64,000 nucleotides of DNA from Candidatus Wirthbacteria bacterium (GTDB lineage Bacteria > Patescibacteriota > CG2-30-54-11). Shown piece by piece: positions 1 through 14,420 of this stretch. The stretch lies in the NCBI GenBank assembly GCA_903889905.1, contig CAISZI010000005.1, positions 9,376-73,375 on the forward strand, read 5' to 3'. The notes under the pieces were generated by a model. The model saw only the letters and a program-made list of their open reading frames with translations. It ran no database searches and had not been told where the DNA came from. Within the stretch, counting starts at the first letter, position 1. The number at the start of each line of letters is the position of its first letter. The position numbers and the translations under genes are program-made.

Positions 1-190
1 TGTTGTAATCGTCGACAATCTCATCCTGGTAGGCAATAACGCTGGTTTCTTTGATTTCTTTGGTGTAATTCTGACCACTTCCGGCGCTGGCTGAAATCAC
101 GACAATCAGCAGAAGTAATACCAAAACCACCGCACCGGCAATGATGCCAGGCAGGAAAAGTTTATTTTGGCGCAGCTCGGCAATGTTCAT
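1..190 (-). CDS. Partial N-terminally membrane-anchored protein, possibly G5-domain surface protein (runs off window edge)
   Basis: Manual translation MNIAELRQNKLFLPGIIAGAVVLVLLLLIVVISASAG...ETSVIAYQDEIVDD; ATG overlaps the stop of the upstream ORF (ATGA). Confidence 0.55.
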   Translation of the reverse strand, partial: MNIAELRQNKLFLPGIIAGAVVLVLLLLIVVISASAGSGQNYTKEIKETSVIAYQDEIVDDYN

Positions 191-804
191 TGCAGGTCCA
201 TTTCTTCTTGATGAATAGCCTTGTCAAGATTATCGTCGGTGGTGTCATCGAGTAATGTCTGCAGTTCGTCTTCCTGTGAAACGGGAGAAGGGGGAGTGGG
301 GATTTTGTCCCGCAACGTGCTCATTTTGGCTATCAATTGCTGTAATTCATGGAACTGATTAAGGATGAGCAGTCCAATGCCGGCAATAAAAACAACCAGC
401 AAGCCGATGTTGGGGCCAATGCTGACCGCGGGCGTGGATTCGCCATGGAAACTGACGACACGGACAATGGCAAGCACCAGCAGTAGTGCCCCCGCTAAAT
501 TTTGAATCACCACCGGGCGCAGCGTATCGTCATCGGTTACGAGTGGAGCAAGTTGCACCGCGAGTGACGCGAATCCCAGCAGGAAAATAATGGTTCCATA
601 GATATCATTGTCCCATTGGAAGCCATTCCAGGTGGTGCAGGTGTAGATCCCGGGGGCACGGAAACAGGAATGAAACCATGGTAGAAGAGGGCTGATCAGG
701 GCGAGCAAGCCAAAAAAAAGGACACCCCGTTGCAGCCAGCTGAAAGCTTGCAGCAACTCACGCAATGAGGGTCGTTTGGGGGATAGATTTTCGGTCGTTT
801 CCAT
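187..804 (-). CDS. Hypothetical multi-pass membrane protein
   Basis: About four hydrophobic segments and an acidic C-tail; ATG at 804 preferred over the ORF-track start at 876. Confidence 0.65.
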   Translation of the reverse strand: METTENLSPKRPSLRELLQAFSWLQRGVLFFGLLALISPLLPWFHSCFRAPGIYTCTTWNGFQWDNDIYGTIIFLLGFASLAVQLAPLVTDDDTLRPVVIQNLAGALLLVLAIVRVVSFHGESTPAVSIGPNIGLLVVFIAGIGLLILNQFHELQQLIAKMSTLRDKIPTPPSPVSQEDELQTLLDDTTDDNLDKAIHQEEMDLQ

Positions 805-878
805 GGGGGTGTTTTGTTTAAGAATTTGGCCTCCGTCATTATATCGGCCGCCTGCTCCCAAGGTCAAGCAATGCATGC

Positions 879-907
879 TTGACAGTCAAGACGGGTTTTG
901 TTAATCT
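879..907 (+). promoter_or_regulatory. Sigma70-type promoter of the hrcA operon
   Basis: TTGACA (879-884), 17 bp spacer, TGn-TAATCT (902-907). Confidence 0.75.
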
Positions 908-914
908 GTCCATG

Positions 915-941
915 TTAGCACTCTCACTCTAAGAGTGCTAA
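915..941 (+). promoter_or_regulatory. CIRCE operator (HrcA binding site)
   Basis: Perfect TTAGCACTC-N9-GAGTGCTAA directly before the hrcA RBS. Confidence 0.97.
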
Positions 942-951
942 GGAGGCCAAG

Positions 952-1647
952 ATGACCATTTCGAACAAACTTGAATTCCTGCTCAAACTGATCATGGACG
1001 ATTATATATCGTCTGGTGAGCCAGTCGGTTCGAAGTATCTGGTGGACAAACACCAGCTCGAGATGAGTTCTGCCACGGTGCGTAACATCATGGCTGACTT
1101 GGCCGAAAGTGGTTATCTGATGCAGTTGCATACGTCGTCCGGTCGGGTGCCGACGCCCAAAGCATACCGGTATTATGTGCAGTTTTTGATGCCTGAACCC
1201 GCCATTCCCGCCGTCTTCCCTGGTGATCTCACCTGTGGTGACAAAAATCTTGCCAACACATACGAATTGCTTTCCTTTTTGTCCGACAATATTGCCCGGC
1301 ACACCGCCAGCATGGGGGTAGCCATGATTGATGGCAAAATTGCCTACAGTGGACTTTCTAATCTGTTTGACTACGATGAGTTCACTGACCTCGGGCAGCT
1401 TCGGACACTGATCAGTTTGATTGAAAACACGCAGAAGATGAGCGGTATTTTTATGGGCATGCGCACACCGGGTGTCCGTTTTTTTATTGGTGAAAACTTG
1501 TTTGAATCAGCCGAAAATTTTTCTATTGCCGTGGCCAACTGTTTCATTGGGCAGCAGCAAGCTTACATGAGCGCGATTGGGCCACTAAGGATGAATTATG
1601 AGCGGGTGATGGGTACTCTTCAATATCTAGCCAATTTACAATGTTAG
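952..1647 (+). CDS. hrcA: Heat-inducible transcription repressor HrcA (short form)
   Basis: [35 protein letters not shown] motifs; CIRCE upstream; precedes grpE-dnaK. Confidence 0.93.
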   Translation: MTISNKLEFLLKLIMDDYISSGEPVGSKYLVDKHQLEMSSATVRNIMADLAESGYLMQLHTSSGRVPTPKAYRYYVQFLMPEPAIPAVFPGDLTCGDKNLANTYELLSFLSDNIARHTASMGVAMIDGKIAYSGLSNLFDYDEFTDLGQLRTLISLIENTQKMSGIFMGMRTPGVRFFIGENLFESAENFSIAVANCFIGQQQAYMSAIGPLRMNYERVMGTLQYLANLQC

Positions 1648-1656
1648 GGTAACAAT

Positions 1657-2262
1657 ATGACCACACACAGCCAAAAAGAACCCGAAAAAGAGCAACCGCA
1701 AACGGGCGCCCCACCCGTTGCCGAGACAGCGCAACCCCAGAATGTACCCGATGCGCAACCGGTTGTAGCGACAGAACCCGTGCCTCCAGGCGTTAGCGAA
1801 GTGGATACTTTAAAAGCCGAGCTGGAACAAGCCAAAGCCGACGTGGAACAGCACAAAAACAGCATGCTGCGGGCAGCGGCGGATTATCAGAATTATCGCA
1901 AACAACATGAAAAAGACCGCGAAGCCTGGGTCAGTTTTGCCAACATTGACTTGTTTGGCAAAATTATCCCGTTCATCGACGATTTTGACAAAGTCATCGA
2001 ACATGTGGACGAGGAAGCCAGGAAATCCAAGTGGTTTGAAGGTTTGTTACTCACGTACAAAAAATTGGAAAAAGTTCTGGAAGAAGCCGGGTTGAAAGAA
2101 ATCGCCGCCCTGAATTTGAAATTTGATCCGCGTCTGCACCAGGCCGTGATGGAAGAAGCCGTAGAAGGCAAGTCCTCCGGCACTGTGATTACAGTTTTGC
2201 AGCGTGGATTTGAGTTAAATGGCCGCGTCGTGCGTGCTTCCATGGTTAAAATCGCCAAATAA
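1657..2262 (+). CDS. grpE: Nucleotide exchange factor GrpE
   Basis: LRAAADYQNYRK, FDPRLHQAV, QRGFELNGRVVRASMVKI. Confidence 0.96.
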   Translation: MTTHSQKEPEKEQPQTGAPPVAETAQPQNVPDAQPVVATEPVPPGVSEVDTLKAELEQAKADVEQHKNSMLRAAADYQNYRKQHEKDREAWVSFANIDLFGKIIPFIDDFDKVIEHVDEEARKSKWFEGLLLTYKKLEKVLEEAGLKEIAALNLKFDPRLHQAVMEEAVEGKSSGTVITVLQRGFELNGRVVRASMVKIAK

Positions 2263-2295
2263 TTTAAGCATTATTAAAGTTCAAGGAGTGTTGCT

Positions 2296-4209
2296 ATGGG
2301 ACGTATTATTGGAATTGATTTGGGTACGACAAACTCTGTCATGTCAGTCATGCAGGGCGGCGAACCGGTGGTGATCCCCAACGCCGAAGGTAATCGACTC
2401 ACGCCTTCCGTGGTTTCGGTAACCAAGGACGGCGAACGTCTGGTTGGGCAGCTGGCCAAACGTCAGGCTGTGACCAATTCAGAAAACACCGTGTTTTCCG
2501 TCAAACGTTTCATTGGCCGCAAATGGGAAGATCCCCTGCTGCAACGTGACGTCAACCTGATGCCGTACAAGATCAAACGTGGCAAACACGATGACGCGCT
2601 TGTGGTCATGGGGGGCAAGGAATACAGCGCCCAGGAAATCTCGGCCATGGTGTTGCAGAAAATGAAAATTGATGCGGAAGCTTTTTTGGGTGAGAAAATT
2701 ACTGAAGCCGTGATCACGTGCCCGGCCTACTTTGACGATTCTCAACGCCAGGCTACTCGTGACGCGGGTAAAATCGCCGGACTCGATGTGAAACGTGTTG
2801 TCAACGAACCGACCGCCTCTGCCCTGGCCTTTGGTCTGGACAAAAAAGGCAAAGATATGAAAGTTGCGGTCTATGATTACGGTGGCGGTACGTTTGATAT
2901 TTCCATCCTTGAGATGGGCGATGGTGTTTTTGAAGTGAAATCCACCAATGGAGACACCCACTTGGGCGGTGATGACTTTGACCAGATCATCATTGACTGG
3001 ATCATTGCTGAATTCAAGAAATCCGACGGCATTGATCTGTCACAGGACAAAATGGCGCTGCAACGCCTGCGTGAAGCAGCTGAAAAAGCCAAAATTGAAC
3101 TTTCGACAACAATGAAATCCGACATCAACCTGCCTTTTGTGACTGCGGATGCGACTGGGCCCAAACATCTCAATCTGGGATTGACGCGTGCCAAACTTGA
3201 AGATTTGACCAAACCCTTGATCGAACGTTCGGTCGAGCCTTGTCACAAGGCGCTCAAAGATTCCGGACTGAAGGCATCGGACGTGGATGAAGTGATTCTC
3301 GTGGGTGGTATGAGCCGTATGCCGGCCATCATCGAAAAGGTCAAGGAAATCTTTGGCAAAGAACCCAATCGTTCCGTCAACCCGGATGAATGCGTTGGCA
3401 TTGGCGCTGCCATTCAGGGGGGCGTCCTCCAAGGTGACGTCAAAGATATTCTGCTGCTCGATGTGACCCCGCTCTCTATGGGACTGGAAACCATGGGCGG
3501 TGTGTTTACCAAATTGATTGATCGCAATACCACCATCCCGACTTCCAAAAGTCAGGTCTTCTCTACCGCTTCCGACAACCAGACACAGGTGGAAGTGCAT
3601 GTGCTGCAAGGCGAACGCGAATTTGCCCGCGACAACCGTACGCTGGGACGCTTTATCCTGGATGGTATCCCGCCAGCACCACGCGGTATTCCTCAGGTTG
3701 AAGTCACTTTTGACATTGACGCTTCAGGATTACTTAACGTCTCCGCCAAGGACAAAGCCACTGGGCGTGAGCAGAAAATTACAATTACGGCTTCCACCAA
3801 CCTCAGCGACGATGAAGTCAATCGTATGACCAAGGATGCGGAGAAGTACGCCGAAGAAGACAAGAAACGCAAAGACTTGATTGAACTCAAGAACCAGACC
3901 GACAGCCTGATTTATCAGTCCGAACGCACCCTGCGTGATGCTGGCGACAAAGTCCCAGCCGAAGAAAAACATGCCGTGGAAGACGCGATCACGAATGCCA
4001 AAAAGGCCCTTGAAGGCGAGGACGAAGCCAAGATCAAGCAATCCCAGGATGAACTTTCCCAGGCGATTCAGAAAGTGTCCGTTCATCTCTACCAATCCAC
4101 CGGCCCAACCCAGGGTGGTGCCTCCTCAGCTGGCGCAGGCCCCAAGAAAGAAGACGTCGTGGAAGGCGAGTACGAGGATGTCAAAGACGACCAGAACAAA
4201 AAACCGTAA
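2296..4209 (+). CDS. dnaK: Chaperone DnaK
   Basis: [44 protein letters not shown]. Confidence 0.99.
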   Translation: MGRIIGIDLGTTNSVMSVMQGGEPVVIPNAEGNRLTPSVVSVTKDGERLVGQLAKRQAVTNSENTVFSVKRFIGRKWEDPLLQRDVNLMPYKIKRGKHDDALVVMGGKEYSAQEISAMVLQKMKIDAEAFLGEKITEAVITCPAYFDDSQRQATRDAGKIAGLDVKRVVNEPTASALAFGLDKKGKDMKVAVYDYGGGTFDISILEMGDGVFEVKSTNGDTHLGGDDFDQIIIDWIIAEFKKSDGIDLSQDKMALQRLREAAEKAKIELSTTMKSDINLPFVTADATGPKHLNLGLTRAKLEDLTKPLIERSVEPCHKALKDSGLKASDVDEVILVGGMSRMPAIIEKVKEIFGKEPNRSVNPDECVGIGAAIQGGVLQGDVKDILLLDVTPLSMGLETMGGVFTKLIDRNTTIPTSKSQVFSTASDNQTQVEVHVLQGEREFARDNRTLGRFILDGIPPAPRGIPQVEVTFDIDASGLLNVSAKDKATGREQKITITASTNLSDDEVNRMTKDAEKYAEEDKKRKDLIELKNQTDSLIYQSERTLRDAGDKVPAEEKHAVEDAITNAKKALEGEDEAKIKQSQDELSQAIQKVSVHLYQSTGPTQGGASSAGAGPKKEDVVEGEYEDVKDDQNKKP

Positions 4210-4275
4210 AACAAGCAGTTAAAAAGTTTATTAAGTCATAAAGTAAAAGAAGAAATTTGGAATTTCGGGTAAGAT

Positions 4276-4301
4276 TAAGAGGCGGGGAAACCTGCCTCTT
4301 A
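4276..4301 (+). terminator. Terminator-like hairpin after dnaK
   Basis: AAGAGGCGGG-GAAA-CCTGCCTCTT stem-loop. Confidence 0.65.
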
Positions 4302-4308
4302 TTGTCAT

Positions 4309-5379
4309 TTGATGGAAAAATCATTGTCAAAAAAATCGATACAAGCAACACTAATCGAGATCAAGCCTGGACAGGACGTTCAGCTTGAATTGGATAAATT
4401 GGTCAAAAATGGCTGCAAGCGCATCAAATTTGTGAATGCCCGTCTAAAAGCCAGCGCTTTACCTGCAGGACGGTCAGCGTTTGCCATGCTGGTCCTGGAC
4501 AAGCGTTATAACGGCGTTGAAATAGAAGGTGCCGATGGGGATGGCACAATTTTGGATGCGGAATATCGGCTGGCACATGGCATCGTGATTGAGTCTGGCG
4601 TACGGCGACTTGTTTTGCGGCGGTTAATCATCACGCATGGGCAGCCCAGTCATCACAATGCAATGCAGAAGTTGTCGCCGTGGCGCGCTATAACGAGCAT
4701 TTACCGCTACGTCGACGGTGGTGGTGTTGTGGCACTGGCGGGAGCTGAGGTCGCGTTTGACCAAGTGCATTTTGTCGCCAACCGAGGTCCCGTTTGCGGG
4801 GCAGCAGTATCGAATCAGGGCGCCAGATTGACCTTTGATAACTGCTATTTTGTCGAAAATCTGACAGGAGACACGGGTGCAGCGATTGACAATCTGGTGC
4901 CCGGGTCACAAATCGAGGTGCAACAATGCCGCTTCGAGGGGAACCTGTCCACGCCGGGATTTGGCGTGATTTCGCTTTTTCCGGACACTTTTGCCCAGAT
5001 CGAAGGATGTTCGTTTTATTTAAACCGTCGCCAAAGCATTGCCATTGATTATCAGTCCAGGCAGTCAGGATTGGTTGCGGTCAATAATCAGTTTATTTAC
5101 GACAAGCTTGAACTGGCAGGTTTTAATCCTGTTCCGATTTTACCCGAACCTAAACGCCATGACTTTTTGGCGCACTTAAAAGTGCTGCGTTTTATGGTAG
5201 TTCACTGGCTACGGCAGCGGCTATCAGTCGGCCAGGTCGTTGCTGGAATTGAAAAGAATGATTTTGAAAATTTACCGCAGCGCCGCAATGTCTTTCGCAC
5301 AGAAGTCGAGCAGCGGTTTGGTAAAAGCAGTCTGCAGTGGATTGCCGTCCAGCATGACCGCGACATTATTCTAAAATAG
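4309..5379 (+). CDS. Right-handed parallel beta-helix (pectin-lyase-fold) repeat protein
   Basis: IEGADGDGTILDA, GGGV, repeated (F/C)xFxxN...GAAI units typical of beta-helix repeats; no signal peptide. Confidence 0.6.
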   Translation: MMEKSLSKKSIQATLIEIKPGQDVQLELDKLVKNGCKRIKFVNARLKASALPAGRSAFAMLVLDKRYNGVEIEGADGDGTILDAEYRLAHGIVIESGVRRLVLRRLIITHGQPSHHNAMQKLSPWRAITSIYRYVDGGGVVALAGAEVAFDQVHFVANRGPVCGAAVSNQGARLTFDNCYFVENLTGDTGAAIDNLVPGSQIEVQQCRFEGNLSTPGFGVISLFPDTFAQIEGCSFYLNRRQSIAIDYQSRQSGLVAVNNQFIYDKLELAGFNPVPILPEPKRHDFLAHLKVLRFMVVHWLRQRLSVGQVVAGIEKNDFENLPQRRNVFRTEVEQRFGKSSLQWIAVQHDRDIILK

Positions 5380-5381
5380 CG

Positions 5382-5852
5382 TCAGTTGTTGGCGGCTTTG
5401 ACATTGAAGTAGGCCATGTCTTTGGGCCGCTGAATGAGGAAGGAAAAGGGAACTTCACCCAGTGGTTCGACAGCCTCCAATGGTGTGGCAGCCAGTTCTT
5501 CATAAACGAGTTTATTTTTACTGTCATAGACGCGCAAATCCAGTGAGATCGAGCCATTGAAGGCTTTGGGGGTCATGTTTTTGACCACGCCGACGACTTT
5601 GACCTGGCCAAGCGTTTCTTCAAAAGCCTGGGCTTCTACTTTCCATGCATCCTGCTGTTGGTGAAAGTTTTTGCCAAAGTAAACGTAGACCAGAGCGACA
5701 ATGCCAATGACGGCGATCATGATCAAAAACAAATCAATGATACCCCAGCCTTTAAACAGTTTGGCAACCGGATTCATACGCACTTCTGTGCCGCAGTGTG
5801 GGCAGCGGATTTCTTTTTTGGAAACTTCCTGATGGCAATTTCGACAAGTCAT
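5382..5852 (-). CDS. Zinc-ribbon, single-TM protein with C-terminal Ig-like (FxLYD-like) domain; last gene of the F1-like operon
   Basis: CRNC...CPHCG, hydrophobic helix, VVGVVKN...LRVYDSKNKLV...PLGEVPF. Confidence 0.65.
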   Translation of the reverse strand: MTCRNCHQEVSKKEIRCPHCGTEVRMNPVAKLFKGWGIIDLFLIMIAVIGIVALVYVYFGKNFHQQQDAWKVEAQAFEETLGQVKVVGVVKNMTPKAFNGSISLDLRVYDSKNKLVYEELAATPLEAVEPLGEVPFSFLIQRPKDMAYFNVKAANN

Positions 5853-5853
5853 G

Positions 5854-6111
5854 TCAGAGCCCCGTCAGCACAACGGCTTCATTATTAACAAATTTGAGAA
5901 TACCTCGCTGGATGTTGATCTGTTCGATTTTTTTGTCTTCCCTGCGGATAATCAGGTCGCCATTGGATAGTACGCAGATGAAGGGTGAATGATTGGGCAA
6001 AACATCGAATTTGCCTTTGCGGTTCATGGCGCTGATCGAGAAGGCCTGAACATCGAGCAGGGTTTTTTCGGCATTGATGACGCGAATGTGGAAGGTCGGT
6101 TTTTGACTCAT
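5854..6111 (-). CDS. atpC: F1-ATPase epsilon-like subunit (beta-sandwich only)
   Basis: GKFDVLPNHSPFI and RGILKFVNNEAVVL match the epsilon N-domain; follows beta; 85 aa. Confidence 0.8.
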   Translation of the reverse strand: MSQKPTFHIRVINAEKTLLDVQAFSISAMNRKGKFDVLPNHSPFICVLSNGDLIIRREDKKIEQINIQRGILKFVNNEAVVLTGL

Positions 6112-8940
<2,829 letters not shown>

Positions 8941-8944
<4 letters not shown>

Positions 8945-10653
8945 GTTTTCACCTCCAAACTGGTGGCAGCAGGCGCTGGCACAGCGGCATCCGCGGAGGG
9001 CACGGGTTGAGGTTCCACAACCTTTGTCTCAGTATTTTTTTTGTCCTCTTTGGCTTTGTTCTTTTTTTCGTCTTTTTTGTCTGTCTTTTTATTGTCCTTT
9101 TTCCCACCGCCAAACATTCCTTTTTTGGGTGGCGGCGCGTTTTTGGCTGCTTCAGCAGCGGCTTCTGCCGCGAGTTCATCTTCGGTTTTTGGTACTTCCA
9201 GATGGACATTGAATGGCTCAATGATCGGGGCAACGTCCGCCAGAAACTGTTCAATTGCCGGTTTAACAATATCGAGCTTTTTGTCCATGATATCGATGCC
9301 AAGTTGTTTATACTGATCCCGGTGCAGAAAATCACAAAAAGCGGTTTTGGCTTCTCCCACTTTATCCATCTGTAGTTTGTCGAACAGACCTTCGGTAATA
9401 CCGTAGAACATCATGATCTGGTCCGACAGTTTGATCGCCTCATAAATTTTTTGTTTGAGCAGTTCGTAGGCGCGTTCACCGCGGGCAATACGGTTTTTGG
9501 TTTCATCGGCGAGGTCGGTACCAAAGCTGGCAAATGCCTGTGCTTCGCGGTACTGCATGAGGATGCGCTGCACTTTGACGCCCAGTTTTTTGAGCACGTC
9601 CCCTTGGACTTTGCCGCCAAGTCGTGAAACCGAGAGTTCAATCGCGATGGCTGGCATCAGGCCTTTGTTAAACAGTGACATGTCAAACAAAATGTGCCCA
9701 TCCGTGATGCTCAGTACGTTTGTGGCCACGTAACCCGACAAGTCCCGTTCCGCGGCTTCAATCACCGGCAGTGCAGCCATGCTGCCACCGCCGTATTCGT
9801 CGGAGAGCTGTGCAGCGCGTTCGAGGAGGCGGGAATGGATGTAGAAGATGTCGCCGGGGTATGCTTCGCGACCTGGTGGGCGCTTGAGCAGCAGCGCCAT
9901 CTGGCGGTAGGCTTTGGCGTGCTGGCTCAGGTCATCATAGATCATGAGTACGTGCTGTCCCTTGTTCATGAAGTATTCACCAATGGTGCAGCCGGTGTAA
10001 GGCGCGATATAGTTCATGGTCGGGGACATGGCGGCCGTGGCCATGACAATCACGATTTTATCCATGACCCCTTCTTCGGTGAATTTGTTGGCCAGCGTTT
10101 TGATTTGTGCCTGGGGTTTGCCGATAGCGACATAGACGCTGATCACTCCGACTCGGGCGAGATTGATCATGGCGGTAGCGAGTGCGGCAGTTTTTCCCGA
10201 TTTGGCGTCGCCAATAATGGTGGCGCGCTGGCCACGTCCGACAGGCAGCATGCCGTCGATTTGCATAATGCCGGTTTCGAGTTGAACTTTTACGGCTTTA
10301 CGCTGGAAAATCGTGGGAGCAGGACTTTCGATCGGGCGTTTTTCTTCGTATTCCAGCGTTCCTTTGCCGTCTACGGGGACTCCGAGTGGGTTGACGACAC
10401 GGCCGAGCAATGCTTGTCCAACTGGCGCCGAGAGCGGTTGCCCCGTACTTTCCACTTTATCACCACGTTTAACGGCCTGGGCATTACCCAGAATCACGGC
10501 ATGGATATAGTCTTCGTCGAGACGCAGGACCAGGCCATGTGTCCCGCTTTCAAAAATGACTTCTTCTTCCATGGTGGCATGCGGCAGTCCACGAATCAGG
10601 CAGACTGTTTCACCCACTTCTTCAACGGTACCAATTTGTTTGAATTCACTCAT
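8941..10653 (-). CDS. atpA: F1-ATPase alpha subunit with Lys-rich C-terminal tail
   Basis: LLGRVVNPLG, GRGQR, GDAKSGKT, YDDLSQHA, RPPGREAYPGDIFY, SITDG, SVSRLGG. Confidence 0.95.
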
Positions 10654-11282
10654 GAGGCTGCTCCTGGTGCTACGCGCATATCGGTAAATTCGGCTTTCAC
10701 CATCTCGTCGAGGTACTGCATCGTCAATTTGTGGACATTGTCGCGAATGTGTGGCTCAATTTCCTTGAGCCGGGTAATGACGGTATCTTCAAATTCAAAG
10801 GCATCGGCCTGAATGATGACACCGCCAATGATGGACTGGTCCACGGAGATATCAAAAACAAACTGGTATTGGATATGACGGCGTAATTCCTGATGTAACC
10901 AGGAGATGATATTGTCCGGCAAATAATCGGCCAGAGTCAGGTTCACGGAACGGATGGTTTTGACCTGGTTACGCAGCAGGAACAAAAAGGTGGGTTTATC
11001 CTGGTCATCAATCGCCTGAAATAGATTGTGTCGCACCAGCATGCCGAGAAATTTTTGGGCCACAATCGGAATGTTATGTTTTTTGATAAAATTATTCATT
11101 ACATCTTCTTTGGCTTCTACGGCCAGTTTGGCATCAATCAATTTGGGATAGACATTAGGATCGTAATAAATATCCTGTACCATGAGTTCCATGGATTGGG
11201 CCACACCGGTCAGGATCTGGGTAGTATGGATGGTGCTCAGCAGCAAATCGATCAAATCAAGTTTTTCTTTTTGGGTTGCCAT
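10650..11282 (-). CDS. atpH: F1-ATPase delta-like subunit
   Basis: VDQSIIGGVIIQ matches the delta/OSCP C-terminal motif; directly upstream of alpha. Confidence 0.7.
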   Translation of the reverse strand: MATQKEKLDLIDLLLSTIHTTQILTGVAQSMELMVQDIYYDPNVYPKLIDAKLAVEAKEDVMNNFIKKHNIPIVAQKFLGMLVRHNLFQAIDDQDKPTFLFLLRNQVKTIRSVNLTLADYLPDNIISWLHQELRRHIQYQFVFDISVDQSIIGGVIIQADAFEFEDTVITRLKEIEPHIRDNVHKLTMQYLDEMVKAEFTDMRVAPGAAS

Positions 11283-12785
<1,503 letters not shown>

Positions 12786-14243
12786 TTACTTAGTCGGTGA
12801 AAGTGGGGGAGAAGGGGATGTCTGAACGATAGCTGATGGCACTGTTGTCGTGGCAAGAGGAAGTTGTGCAGCAGGCGGGAGCACAGCAGTTGGTTGAGAT
12901 GGAGTGCTCGCGGGAGGTTGCGGCACCGTTACTGGTATCGCCGGTGGGGTTATGGCTGCAGCATTTGCTGGCGATGCTTTGAGTTCGTCTTTGAGAGGAA
13001 AATCAGCGGGATTAACAGGCATTGGCACTGTCTGGCTTGCCAGTTTATTCATGTTGGGCTCCAGCCCTTCCACCTTGACAAGTGGTGGATTGGCTGCCGG
13101 CGTTGTAGCAGGAATTTCCGCAGTACCCTCTTGTTTGGCGGGGGCTTTGAGCTGTTTTTTGAGTTTTGCCACAGCATCCATGATTACTTCCTGGTGCTGT
13201 TCAGGACTGAGTGTCAAATTTAAGGATTCTTTAACAACCGAAATCACATACAGCACAATTTCATTTTCAACCTGTTTGAGTACTTTTTCACCAATGCGGC
13301 GGGCACGGTCTTCACTTTGATTGATGATGCTATCCGAGACTTCTTCAAATTTATTCAGTAATTGTTTGTTGAAATCATCAATTTTTTCCCAGGATTTATC
13401 ATTGGCCGAGTTTACAATCTGGCGGATGTCAGCCAGGGCTTTATCGGCGCTCTGCTGGACCGAGGTGGCAATGGCTTGATTGCCCGCTTCGATTCCTTTA
13501 TCGAGGCGCGTTTTTAGTTCGTCAAGGTAACCGTCAAATCCTTTTTGTGCTGTTTCCACGATTGTTTGAGCCGATGCTCCGGCGGTAGTGAGAATCTGGT
13601 CGGCATGCGTTTTGGCCACATTGATGATGGTGTCTTTTTCACCCGTGACTTTTTCCATCATGCTGGCGGCCTGCTCCCGGATTTTGTTGGCGCTACTGCG
13701 GGCGTTATCAACAATTTCAGTTGCCATAGTCTGGGCGGTCTGCATTTTTTCCAGTTCAGTTTTTTGAATTTCTTTGGAGCTGGAGAGAAATTTGTAAAGT
13801 TCCTGGTACAGTTGTTTTTGGGCTGTTTGCAGATCCGTATCCAATTCTTCCTGGAACTTACATAGCGACACTTTGGTTGCAGCGCCAATTTCGGCACTGT
13901 GTTTGGTGAGTTCATCGAGCAGTGTCGTAATGCGCTTGCGATTTTCATCGACGACCGTGTTGGCGTCATCCTGCATTTTTTTAACTTGTGTCTGCAGGTC
14001 GGAATTGGCAAGATACTGCGCTTTTTGCAAAATATGCTTGGCATCTTCGTTAACTTGTTTGTAAACTTCTTCGATATTACTGACCACTTCAAAGATTACC
14101 TTGGAACGGCCTTTTTTTTGGTTATACATACTGATAATACGGGCAATACCCAACCCACCGGCGATTCCCAGAATGCCAGCGGCGACGCTGATGAGGTTGA
14201 CGATAAGGGTTGGAATGGGTTGTGTCATAGGCCTGAAATCCAC
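12786..14243 (-). CDS. Elongated F0 subunit-b-like stator protein
   Basis: Single N-terminal TM, long coiled coil with AxxIxxxAxxxA periodicity, b-type C-terminal motif EIVLYVISVVKESLNLTLSPEQHQEVIMDAVAKL, then Pro-rich tail. Confidence 0.65.
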   Translation of the reverse strand: MDFRPMTQPIPTLIVNLISVAAGILGIAGGLGIARIISMYNQKKGRSKVIFEVVSNIEEVYKQVNEDAKHILQKAQYLANSDLQTQVKKMQDDANTVVDENRKRITTLLDELTKHSAEIGAATKVSLCKFQEELDTDLQTAQKQLYQELYKFLSSSKEIQKTELEKMQTAQTMATEIVDNARSSANKIREQAASMMEKVTGEKDTIINVAKTHADQILTTAGASAQTIVETAQKGFDGYLDELKTRLDKGIEAGNQAIATSVQQSADKALADIRQIVNSANDKSWEKIDDFNKQLLNKFEEVSDSIINQSEDRARRIGEKVLKQVENEIVLYVISVVKESLNLTLSPEQHQEVIMDAVAKLKKQLKAPAKQEGTAEIPATTPAANPPLVKVEGLEPNMNKLASQTVPMPVNPADFPLKDELKASPANAAAITPPAIPVTVPQPPASTPSQPTAVLPPAAQLPLATTTVPSAIVQTSPSPPLSPTK

Positions 14244-14282
14244 TTAAGCCAGAGCTTTCAATATGTATAAATATATCCTCTT

Positions 14283-14311
14283 AGTCTACCATCTATCCCA
14301 AAACCGGTCAA
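14283..14311 (-). promoter_or_regulatory. Promoter of the F1-like operon
   Basis: Minus strand TTGACC-17 bp-TAGACT with upstream TG. Confidence 0.55.
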
Positions 14312-14420
14312 CCATGGCCAAAGGTGCCATTCCGGGCCTTTTGCCGTGGCGAGCTGGTTAACTTTGACCAAAATTGTCAAACAGTGATACACTAAAGAGA
14401 TTAATAATCATTAAAACCCA

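Noticed and set aside
12786-14243. RNase Y (N-terminal TM plus coiled coil)
   Set aside because: No KH or HD motifs; the C-terminal motif and context fit subunit b.
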